Assembly: GCA_038141665.1 (NCBI GenBank)
Contig: JAYQIN010000002.1
Location: 336,843-400,842, forward strand
Direction: 5' to 3'
Length of the DNA stretch: 64,000 bases
Origin: Thiothrix sp.
Lineage (GTDB): Bacteria; Pseudomonadota; Gammaproteobacteria; Poriferisulfidales; GCA-002705445
Within the stretch, counting starts at the first letter, position 1. Each line of letters starts with the position of its first letter. This document shows positions 19,557 through 28,700 of the stretch, one piece after another. The notes beneath the pieces are model-generated. The model was not told where the DNA came from. It saw nothing but the letters and a program-made list of their open reading frames with translations, and did not search any database. The translations under genes and the position numbers were made by a program.

Positions 19557-20901
19557 ATGCTTCTCTTACAACATCTGAGAATAAATTTGCAAATAATACC
19601 AAAATAAACATGAACAAAAATGCTGAAAATAATGACCACCATACAATTGGCTCTCTTGACATCTCTAAGCGTGCAGCATTAATCATATTTCCCCAGCTGT
19701 AAGTTGTAGGATCAACCCCAATATTTACGTAAGATAGTACTGCTTCTGCAAGTACAAGTGCACTAAAATCAAGAACTACAGTTATAATTACTATATGCAT
19801 GATATTTGGAATTATATGCCTTACTATTATAGAGATTTTTTTTAATCCAAATGTATACGATGCCTGAACATATTCTACTTCCCTCAACTTCATAGACTCA
19901 CCTCTCAAAAGTCTACATAAACCCGTCCAGCTTGTTAAACCTAAAATCATGCACAGAAAAAATAGTCTTAAGTCAGCTCTCTCATAAATATTTTCAAATT
20001 CAAGAGGATTATTTGACATATAAACTTGAAGCATCAAAATTGCTGAAGCTATTAGCAAAACGCTTGGTATAGAATTTAATGTTGTATAAATATATTGAAT
20101 TATGTCATCTACATACCCGCCAATATATCCTGCAAAAATCCCAAGAAATATTGCAAAAGGAAGCATCACTATAGTAGTTAAAGTACCAATTAATATTCCA
20201 GTTCTAATACTTTTTATACTTTTATATAAAACATCTTCGCCTACTTTATCAGTGCCTAAAACATAATATTGAGTACCAAGATCATATAATAATAATAATA
20301 TAATTATCATTGTGGATAATGATAGTAAGAGAGTCTTGTTATTTTTAAAAGGTAGAAGAAAAGAATTTTTTCTTAATATATATTTTCGGAAGAATAAGGT
20401 ATAAATAAAAAAAACAAAAATAAAGGATTTGAGAACCGATAATAGAGATGTAAACAATATATTTCTAATATTATCTTTATAATATTTATTATGATTTCCC
20501 TTATAAAGAAGCTTTGGATAATCTCTTTTTTCTTTATTATTTTCAAGCTTCATCGTTTCCTTAGAATATAAATATGAAGAAAATGGAGAAGAATAACTTT
20601 TTTCAGTATTCATATGGATAGGCATTAAAATAATATCTAAGGCACTTTTTATTTCTTGCGAATAGACATATTCTTTTTTTTCATCATTGTAAATTTTTTC
20701 TTTAATATGTATTGAGTCTAATAATGCTGTTAGCATAAAAAAAGAAAGAACGACTATAGATATAATTCCAGTTTTCTTTTTAAAAACGTATGACCATGTC
20801 TCTCTAATATCTGGCGTCCTTCTTACGTAATTAATATATAGAATTAAAGAAATAAATATAATGTAAAAAAATATATCTGTTAGTAAAAATGTAAACATCA
20901 T
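19525..20901 (-). CDS. yejE: ABC peptide transporter permease YejE (OppC family) with a long N-terminal extension
   Basis: The C-terminal OppC-like domain carries the EAA-loop region. The ORF is about 120 aa longer at the N-terminus than a typical YejE. Confidence 0.8.
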   Translation of the reverse strand: MMFTFLLTDIFFYIIFISLILYINYVRRTPDIRETWSYVFKKKTGIISIVVLSFFMLTALLDSIHIKEKIYNDEKKEYVYSQEIKSALDIILMPIHMNTEKSYSSPFSSYLYSKETMKLENNKEKRDYPKLLYKGNHNKYYKDNIRNILFTSLLSVLKSFIFVFFIYTLFFRKYILRKNSFLLPFKNNKTLLLSLSTMIIILLLLYDLGTQYYVLGTDKVGEDVLYKSIKSIRTGILIGTLTTIVMLPFAIFLGIFAGYIGGYVDDIIQYIYTTLNSIPSVLLIASAILMLQVYMSNNPLEFENIYERADLRLFFLCMILGLTSWTGLCRLLRGESMKLREVEYVQASYTFGLKKISIIVRHIIPNIMHIVIITVVLDFSALVLAEAVLSYVNIGVDPTTYSWGNMINAARLEMSREPIVWWSLFSAFLFMFILVLFANLFSDVVREAFDPRASKNYE

Positions 20902-21875
20902 TTCAACCTTACTCTTGGATCAACCAAAGTATATGATATATCTGTTAAAATTAGGCCAAGGATATATAAAATAGTGCCTAGAAATACCATCGCTCTCACG
21001 ATAGCAAAATCTTGACTTTGTATTGCATCTATTGTGTAACTTCCAAGTCCAGGTATACCAAAAAATGATTCAACTATTAAGCTTCCTAGAAATAATAATG
21101 GTAAAATCACAACAACACCGGTTAATATTGGAATTAAAGCATTCTTAAGTACATGATTAAATAATACTGCGCTTTCCGAAAGCCCTTTTGATTTTGCAGT
21201 TTTTACATAATCTTTCTCTATCTCTTCTAAAAATAATGATCTATACCATCTTGTGCCTGAGCCAATACCATAAACAACACTAATAATTACAGGAAGAATA
21301 AGAAACTTAATTGATTCATAACCATGGGCGTACCCAGAAATCGGAACCAAGTGTAATAACTTGCTAACGAGATACTGTCCGCCAATAATATAAAACAAAC
21401 TGGATATTGACATTAAAGCAACACAAAAAATAACCCCAATATAGTCAACTCTTGTTGACCTAAAAAAAACAAAAAAGAGAGCAACTGTAATATTCATAAA
21501 TAGGCCAACTAAAAGCGAGGGAAGAGCTATAGCTAAGCTAGGAAGCATCCTTTGTTTTATGTCATATTTTATATCTCTTCCGCTATCAGAAATACCAAAA
21601 TCAAAGAGAAAAAGTTTTAAAGACTTTTCATAAAAAATTGTTTTTTTAAAAACGTCTAAACCTTGTTTTTCACTGTTATAAAAAAGTGGATTATTATAAC
21701 CTCTCTCTTCATTCCATTGTATAATTTGTTCTTGAGTAACTCTTTTATTTCCTAAATGTAATCTTGCTACTTCTTCGGGAGAATTAACAACAAAAAACAA
21801 AGTAAAAGTTAATAAATTAACTCCTATTAATATTGGTAAAGCATATAAGAATCTTTTAATTATGTATTTAATCAT
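20898..21875 (-). CDS. yejB: ABC peptide transporter permease YejB (OppB family)
   Basis: 325 aa with an OppB-like TM topology. It overlaps yejE by 4 nt. Confidence 0.85.
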   Translation of the reverse strand: MIKYIIKRFLYALPILIGVNLLTFTLFFVVNSPEEVARLHLGNKRVTQEQIIQWNEERGYNNPLFYNSEKQGLDVFKKTIFYEKSLKLFLFDFGISDSGRDIKYDIKQRMLPSLAIALPSLLVGLFMNITVALFFVFFRSTRVDYIGVIFCVALMSISSLFYIIGGQYLVSKLLHLVPISGYAHGYESIKFLILPVIISVVYGIGSGTRWYRSLFLEEIEKDYVKTAKSKGLSESAVLFNHVLKNALIPILTGVVVILPLLFLGSLIVESFFGIPGLGSYTIDAIQSQDFAIVRAMVFLGTILYILGLILTDISYTLVDPRVRLK

Positions 21876-22123
21876 AAACTTTTTCTCTTTCTTTTCTTTT
21901 AATTATTGAAAGTACTGAAAACAAAATAAAAATTAAAGCTAAAACGAAAATATATAGCAGGCTAAAATTTGGCTTATTCCAAATCTTAATATTTTCTAGT
22001 CTATTAGATACATTTATATCTTTATATTTTAAAGTATTGTTTGCCATCAAATTTGATTCTGTATTCTCTACCCAGCCATGAGACAGAGAAAATGATTTTG
22101 GATGAAACCCCCAAATCCAAGGG

Positions 22124-24017
22124 CTATCTACTTGGATTATTTCTAACATTTCTTTTATTATTTTTTTTTCTATTTAATGAGTTTTCCATATTTTTCATTT
22201 TTTTAAAAAGTTTATCAAAATTTTTATTTTCATAGTTTGCTGCATTTTCTCCCCCATGCTTAACTTTCCCATTTTTACCGTACAATAAAAATAAAAAATT
22301 TTCTGGATCTGGATAATCTGCATTCCACCCCCATTGAAATATTTGTCCTGTACCATTAATCATTTTCTCTTGAAATCTATTATAATCAGTTACCCTAGTA
22401 ACCAATTGTATATCTATTTTTTTAAACTGTTTTCTTAACCAGTTCAGAAAAGCATATGTATCAGGACCTGAGCCTGTTGCTTCAAAATATAATATTAGTG
22501 GTTTTCCAGTTTTTTCGTCTATTCCATTACTATATTCAGCTTTATTAAGAAGTTTTTTTGCTTCATTAATATCTCTTTTTACTATTTTATTATTTTTCAT
22601 CTTAAATACAGTACTATTATAATCTTCAATTCCATCTTGATGTCCAAATATACCAGGTGGTAATGGGCTTTGAGCTAATATACCTCTCCCATTTGTGAAA
22701 ATAGAAATATATTCATCGTAGTCAATAGCTATTGTTATAGCTTGCCTAAGTAATCTTGATCTTTCGTTATTACCACCTACTATAGGGTCAAGCATATTAA
22801 ATCCTATGTAATAGGTAGATGCAGCTGTTGCAGTAGTCAAATAAATACCTTTATTTTTTAAATCATCATTTAGTGATATATCTCCAGAATTATTTAGTGA
22901 AATTGCTTGGTCATAATTATCTGAAGCAATTCCAGAATTATCATAATAACCTTGCAAAAATTTATTCCATCTAGGTATTTGTTCTTTTTCTAAAGAATAA
23001 ATAGCCTTATCAATAAAAGGAATTACTTTATTTTTATTACGATAAATTATTTCATCATTTACAATCCTATCATTTAGAGATGGATAAACTTCTCCTCTAA
23101 AATTTTCGTTTCTTTCTAGTACCATTCTTAAATTTGGGTTATTTTCAGTTAATTTAAATGGGCCAGTACCAACAGGAAACCAATTTAAAGTTATATTCTT
23201 TTTTTGAAGAGATTTTTGACTATAAAATAAATCTACCTCCCATGGCATTGGAGAAAAGAAAGGCATTGCTAACCAATAAACAAACTGCGGATATTCTTTT
23301 TTGAGAATTATAGAAAAGGTATAATCATCAATTTTTTGGACACCTTTGATAGAATTAGTTCTAATATAATTTATCCTTTCTAAACTTTTTAAATTTTTAA
23401 GATCTCTAATTTTCTTTTTATATTCACTAAATCCAAGAATATATTCTTGCATAACTCCTGATATTGGAGAATGATTTTTATAGTCTGCCAATCTTTTAAT
23501 TTGATAAATATAATCATCTGCTATAAGTTCTCGTGAGGATTCTTTTTCAAAATCTTTAATAGTTTCTATTTCTTTTAAAAAATCTTCACTTAAGGTATGA
23601 TACAGGATAACTATTTTTATTTTTATAAAATGCTGGATGATTTTGATATAGAATTCCATCTTTAATTTTTAAAATATACTTTACGTATTTTCTGCTTTTA
23701 TTATTATTGGTAATCTTTAAATTTTTATCTAGATATTCCAATGATGGCATTTTTTTTGCTGTCAATGGAATCAATTGATATGGTTTTTTTAAATAATGAT
23801 ATTGAAATAATGGTTCATATATTTGAGCTAAAAAAGCGTATTCATTTGAACTGTATGAGCGAGCAGGATCTAAGTGTTTTGGTCGTTCTTGGAAAGATGA
23901 ATAAAATATTTTTTCGTTTTTTGTATCTTTTCCATAAGGACTATTTAAAGGACTATCTGAACATCCTGATACTACAAATATTAATATCAAAAATATGTAT
24001 TTATTAAATCCTAACAT
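22124..24017 (-). pseudogene. yejA: Periplasmic substrate-binding protein YejA (SBP family 5), with at least one frameshift
   Basis: A 143-aa N-terminal ORF (signal peptide/lipobox VSGCS, then PKHLDPARSYSSNEYAFLAQIYEPL) overlaps a 511-aa ORF carrying the rest of the SBP_bac_5 domain. A further 93-aa ORF (21868-22149) may be its C-terminal tail in another frame. Confidence 0.75.
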
Positions 24018-24098
24018 TATGTGAAACTCGAAAAAATTATTTATATAATATTATATATTTTACTCCATAATAAATAAAATTTGATATACAATATATAA

Positions 24099-24884
24099 AT
24101 GAAATTTCTTGAAGGCAAAAAAGCATTAGTTTTAGGTATAGCAAGCAATAGATCAATTGCTTGGGGTATTTCCGATTCTTTGAGACGAAATGGCGCTGAG
24201 CTAGCATTTACCTATCAAAATGATAAATTAAAAGATAGAGTGGAAAAATTAGCAAAAGAATGTGAATCAGACATTATAATGCCATGTGATGTTTCCGTAG
24301 AAGGAAATATAAATAATATGTTAGATAAGCTTTCTAGTAGCTGGTCTGAATTTGATATAATTATACATTCTTTAGCATTTGCTCCAAGAGAAGAGCTCGA
24401 AGGTAATTACTTGGATAAAACTACAAAAAATGGATTTTTATCTGCACATAGTATTAGCAGTTTTAGCTTGCTTGAACTTTGTAAAGAAGCTAAACCAATG
24501 CTAAAAGGTAAAAACCCTTCAGTTATATCTTTGTCTTACTTAGGAGCTGTTCGAGGAATGCCAAATTACAATGTTATGGGTGTTGCAAAAGCAAGTCTTG
24601 AAGCAAATGTTAGATACCTAGCTTATTCTATGGGCGAAGATAATATTAGAGTTAATTGTATCTCTGCTGGTCCGATTAAAACTTTAGCTGCTGCAGGAAT
24701 ATCTGATTTTAGAAAAATGTTAGATCATGTTGAAAAGAACTCACCTTTAAGAAGAAATGTAACAATTCAAGAAGTTGGCGATACAGCATCTTTTCTTGCA
24801 TCAGATGGAGCAAGCGGTATAACAGGACAAGTTTTATATGTCGACTCTGGATTTAATATCATTGGCATGCCAGCAATAGATTAA
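24099..24884 (+). CDS. fabI: Enoyl-[acyl-carrier-protein] reductase (NADH) FabI
   Basis: 261 aa with the SDR fold (GKKALVLGIASNRSIAWGI) and the catalytic Y-x6-K (YNVMGVAKASLE). Confidence 0.92.
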   Translation: MKFLEGKKALVLGIASNRSIAWGISDSLRRNGAELAFTYQNDKLKDRVEKLAKECESDIIMPCDVSVEGNINNMLDKLSSSWSEFDIIIHSLAFAPREELEGNYLDKTTKNGFLSAHSISSFSLLELCKEAKPMLKGKNPSVISLSYLGAVRGMPNYNVMGVAKASLEANVRYLAYSMGEDNIRVNCISAGPIKTLAAAGISDFRKMLDHVEKNSPLRRNVTIQEVGDTASFLASDGASGITGQVLYVDSGFNIIGMPAID

Positions 24885-24889
24885 GCTTA

Positions 24890-26122
24890 TTATTTCCCTA
24901 TAACGCTAACACAGCAAGAATCTCCAAAGACATTAACACTGGTGCGCAGCATATCAAGAATTCTATCAATACCTAAAATAATTCCTACTGCCTCAAATGG
25001 AAGGCCAACAGCACTTAAAATAACCAAAATAGCTACAAAACTTGCTGATGGTATTCCAGCTACTCCAATAGATGTTATTAATGCCAAAGAAAGCACTAAA
25101 AATTGCTCTAGGTATGATAAATCTATACCGTATAGTTGCGCAATAAAAATTACAGCAACGCATTCGAAAAGCGCTGTGCCATCCATATTTATTGTAGCGC
25201 CTAATGGGATAATGAAATTAACACGGTCTTCTTTATAATTAAGATCTTCAATTAAACATTTAGTTGTAACAGGAATTGTAGCTACAGAAGAACTTGAAGA
25301 AAATGCTACAAGCATAGCAGAACTCATACCTCTGAAATGCTGTAAAATATTTATTTTAAAAAAACGAAGAATAATCGGATAAAAAATTAGTAAGTGAACA
25401 AATAATCCTATTACCACAGTTAGAAAAAATTTTGATAAAATTAAGTAGCTTTCAGTATCAAAGTTGATTGTAGTCTTTACAACAAGACAAAAAACACCAT
25501 AAGGCATGAAAAATAATATATATCTCATAATTTTTAAAAATACAAAATAAATTCCTTTCCAAAAATCCTTTATTGCATTTGTATTTTCATGATTAGAAGA
25601 TCTTATAGCCAATCCAAAAATAAAACTAAATAGAACAATAAATAACATATTGCCATTTGCAATAGAAAAAAATATATTTCCTGAAAAAATATTTAATAAA
25701 AAAGTATCTAAAGAATAGTTATTTTGAGAATTAACAATAGAATCTATTTTTGGATCAGAATTTAAACCTAATATATTCGCAGCACCGGCGCCATTAACTT
25801 CCCCTGGTTGAATAAAATTAACAATGAAAATGCCTATTATGATGGCCATAAAACTTGTGCATAAATAAAAAATGATTGATTTTAAACCAAGTCCGGATAA
25901 ATCTTTAGATGAACTAAAAGATGCAATATTATAAATTAGTGATGACATTATTAAAGGAACAACAATCATTTTTAATGAATTTAGAAATATTGTTGCAAAC
26001 AAATCAAAAAAGCTATAGATATTTATGCCAAACAACATATCAGACTTTTCTAAATAAATACCTGTCAAAAAACCTAAAAATAAAAAAAGAAAAATAACTT
26101 TTGAAGATGGTAATTTTTCCAT
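24890..26122 (-). CDS. Dicarboxylate/amino acid:cation symporter (DAACS, GltP/SstT-like)
   Basis: 410-aa polytopic membrane protein with the DAACS conserved region PLGATINMDGTAL. Confidence 0.8.
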   Translation of the reverse strand: MEKLPSSKVIFLFLFLGFLTGIYLEKSDMLFGINIYSFFDLFATIFLNSLKMIVVPLIMSSLIYNIASFSSSKDLSGLGLKSIIFYLCTSFMAIIIGIFIVNFIQPGEVNGAGAANILGLNSDPKIDSIVNSQNNYSLDTFLLNIFSGNIFFSIANGNMLFIVLFSFIFGLAIRSSNHENTNAIKDFWKGIYFVFLKIMRYILFFMPYGVFCLVVKTTINFDTESYLILSKFFLTVVIGLFVHLLIFYPIILRFFKINILQHFRGMSSAMLVAFSSSSSVATIPVTTKCLIEDLNYKEDRVNFIIPLGATINMDGTALFECVAVIFIAQLYGIDLSYLEQFLVLSLALITSIGVAGIPSASFVAILVILSAVGLPFEAVGIILGIDRILDMLRTSVNVFGDSCCVSVIGK

Positions 26123-26131
26123 TATATTTAA

Positions 26132-28015
26132 CTATAAGTTTTCTGAGTAAATTTTTATATTTGCCTTTTCTCTAAGACTTTGAATAACAGCATACAAAAG
26201 TGAATTTACCTGCTCATTATTGATCATAGTTTTTAAAGACTTTTCACTAAGATCTGAACTACCCTCTTCAATGCTTTCTAATAAAATTAGCTCATAGTTA
26301 CCAGTGCCTGATTCTATGCTAGCTACATTATCTTCTTTTGTTAAGGAAAATAATTTCGATAAAATTGATGGTGGGATATTATTGTCCGTTCTACTAACAT
26401 TAGAATAATATGTTGATTTTTTATTTGTTAATTTTTCTATTTCATTGATATCAGAACCTTGTTTGATCTTATTTTCGATATCTTCTATTGTTTCTTTCAT
26501 TGATAGAATAGATCTTTCAGTATTTATTAAAGACTCAATTTCATTTTTTACTGAATCATATTTCTTGTACTCAACTGGAGATTTGTCATTAATTCTTAAT
26601 ATAATAATATTTTTTCCTGCCTCAATTGGCTGGCTATTAAGTTGCTCTTTATATACCGTATTTGATGCTATAGTCTGCAACACTTTTTCATTGTTTAGGA
26701 CCTTATGCGTGTTTTTAATTTTAGATAATGTAGATAACCCAGTAGATTTTTTCTTAACAGCTAAAAATTCTTCAGCTTTTGATAATGACTCGGGATATTC
26801 AAATAAAATATTTGATACTTCTTCAAAAATACTTTCATATCTATTGGTTAGTAAAATATTCTCGTAGTCAACTTTCACTATGTCTTTAACTTCCATATAA
26901 TCCTTTATTTTTGCATCTCTGATATCGCTTAATTGAAATATATAAAAACCTTGTTCTGTTGATATAATTTTTGAAAAATCACTTATATTTTTCAAATTAA
27001 AAATCTCATCGGAAAGATTTTTTGCCAACTCGTTTCTAGATATCCAACCAATGTCACCACCCTTTTTATTTGAAAGTTTATCATGAGAATAACTTTTTAC
27101 TAATGATTCAAATAAAATACCTTTTTTTAAGTCGTCTTGAATTTTTTTTATTAAATTTGAATTTTTTTCTTTATCTACTTTTTTATTTGATAGAAATATT
27201 TGTTTTATTCTTCTTTTTTCTTGCGTTATATACTTAAACTTATTTTCATTGTAAAAGTTTTTTAAACTATCAGAACTTATATCTAATTGACTCTTTAATA
27301 TTTCTTTATTAAAAACTATGTACTCGATATTTAATTTTTCTGGCATAGAGAATATATTTTTATATTTTACATAAAAATCTTTTTTTTCCTTTTCTGTTGA
27401 TTTAATTTTATTATTAACAAAATCTTTATAGCTTAAAGAAAGTAATTTAAAATTTCTTTTTTGGTATTTTAGATTCTCTAAATCTGAAATTTGTTGAGAT
27501 GATAAAAACGATGAGTATACAATATTGTTATAAAATTGGAGTGTTTTGAGTTCTGATTTTCTAATATTTTCATATTCTGCTATTTTAATTCCTTTGCTTT
27601 CTAATAATCTTTGATATCTCTCTGGATTAAATTTTTTTTCGGTATGAAAAATCTTAGTATCTTTTATGTCTGTAATTAAAGCATTTTCTGACACTTGAAA
27701 TTTATTTTTATTAACAAAATCTTTTACTAAAATGCTATCTATAAGCTCGTCTAATACTGTTCTTTTAATAATTTTTTTTTGTATCTCTGCTTCGTTTTGG
27801 TCTGAAGAGACTATGTCCTTCATTTGTCTTAGCCGATCTTGATATTCGTTATTTAATCTTTCAGCAGATATTTTTGTCTCATTCACTTCAGCTGCTATTA
27901 AGTTGCCTCCAGTAAAATATTGGTCAATTCCCCATAAAGCAAATGGAATGCTTATGCCGATTACTATTACATAAGCTATCCACCCTGTTGATTTATCTCG
28001 TATATTTTGTAACAA
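26132..28015 (-). CDS. ppiD: Periplasmic chaperone / peptidyl-prolyl isomerase PpiD
   Basis: 627 aa with an N-terminal TM anchor, a SurA-like chaperone domain and a parvulin-like region. It is downstream of hupB as in E. coli. Confidence 0.85.
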   Translation of the reverse strand: MLQNIRDKSTGWIAYVIVIGISIPFALWGIDQYFTGGNLIAAEVNETKISAERLNNEYQDRLRQMKDIVSSDQNEAEIQKKIIKRTVLDELIDSILVKDFVNKNKFQVSENALITDIKDTKIFHTEKKFNPERYQRLLESKGIKIAEYENIRKSELKTLQFYNNIVYSSFLSSQQISDLENLKYQKRNFKLLSLSYKDFVNNKIKSTEKEKKDFYVKYKNIFSMPEKLNIEYIVFNKEILKSQLDISSDSLKNFYNENKFKYITQEKRRIKQIFLSNKKVDKEKNSNLIKKIQDDLKKGILFESLVKSYSHDKLSNKKGGDIGWISRNELAKNLSDEIFNLKNISDFSKIISTEQGFYIFQLSDIRDAKIKDYMEVKDIVKVDYENILLTNRYESIFEEVSNILFEYPESLSKAEEFLAVKKKSTGLSTLSKIKNTHKVLNNEKVLQTIASNTVYKEQLNSQPIEAGKNIIILRINDKSPVEYKKYDSVKNEIESLINTERSILSMKETIEDIENKIKQGSDINEIEKLTNKKSTYYSNVSRTDNNIPPSILSKLFSLTKEDNVASIESGTGNYELILLESIEEGSSDLSEKSLKTMINNEQVNSLLYAVIQSLREKANIKIYSENL

Positions 28016-28041
28016 CTGTGTTTCCTTTTAAAAATTTTCCA

Positions 28042-28119
28042 TGGCGGAGTGGACGGGACTCGAACCCGCGACCCCCTGCGTGACAGGCAGGTATTCTAAC
28101 CAAACTGAACTACCACTCC
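28042..28119 (-). tRNA. tRNA-Asp (GTC)
   Basis: Manual cloverleaf fold of the reverse complement: acceptor GGAGTGG..., anticodon loop CTGTCAC and the 3' GCCA end. Confidence 0.8.
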
Positions 28120-28132
28120 TAAACTCTCTTAA

Positions 28133-28208
28133 TGGTGGGTGCTGAGGGATTCGAACCCCCGACATCCGCCTTGTAAGGGCGACGCTCTACCAACTGAGCT
28201 AAGCACCC
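28133..28208 (-). tRNA. tRNA-Val (TAC)
   Basis: The reverse complement GGGTGCTTAGCTCAGTTGGTAGAGC... has the anticodon loop CTTACAA, a GGTTCGAATCC T-arm and a CCA end. Confidence 0.8.
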
Positions 28209-28227
28209 TGAAAGATCAAGGGCGGGC

Positions 28228-28500
28228 TTAGTTTAGAGCATCCTTAAGAGCTTTACCAGCTTTGAATCCAGGTGTGTTTGAAGCTTTAATTTGTATTGAC
28301 TCACCAGTCTGAGGATTTCTTCCCATTCTTGCATTTCTATGTCTCACTTCAAATGTTCCAAATCCCGGTATTGTAACTTTTTCACCTGCTTGTAGTGTTG
28401 AAGTAATTGCATTAAGAACAGCTTCAAGAGCTCTTCCTGCTTCAGCTTTATTTGAGCCAGTGGAATTTGCTATTGCATCTATTAAGTCTGATTTATTCAT
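28228..28500 (-). CDS. hupB: DNA-binding protein HU-beta
   Basis: 90 aa: MNKSDLIDAIA...GFGTFEVRHRNARMGRNPQTGE is the HU signature. Confidence 0.95.
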   Translation of the reverse strand: MNKSDLIDAIANSTGSNKAEAGRALEAVLNAITSTLQAGEKVTIPGFGTFEVRHRNARMGRNPQTGESIQIKASNTPGFKAGKALKDALN

Positions 28501-28700
28501 TATTATTATCCTCTAGTTTTATGTGTGTATTTTTAAAAATCTATGAATCTATTTTATCCCAATCTCCCATGTTATTTATACAATAAGGAGAATTTCTCTG
28601 TCAACAAAAGAAATGAATTTTATATCAATTAATACTAAATTATAATATTATGTTAAACTAATTAACAAAGTTAAATATATGAATTAATTATAAATATCAA

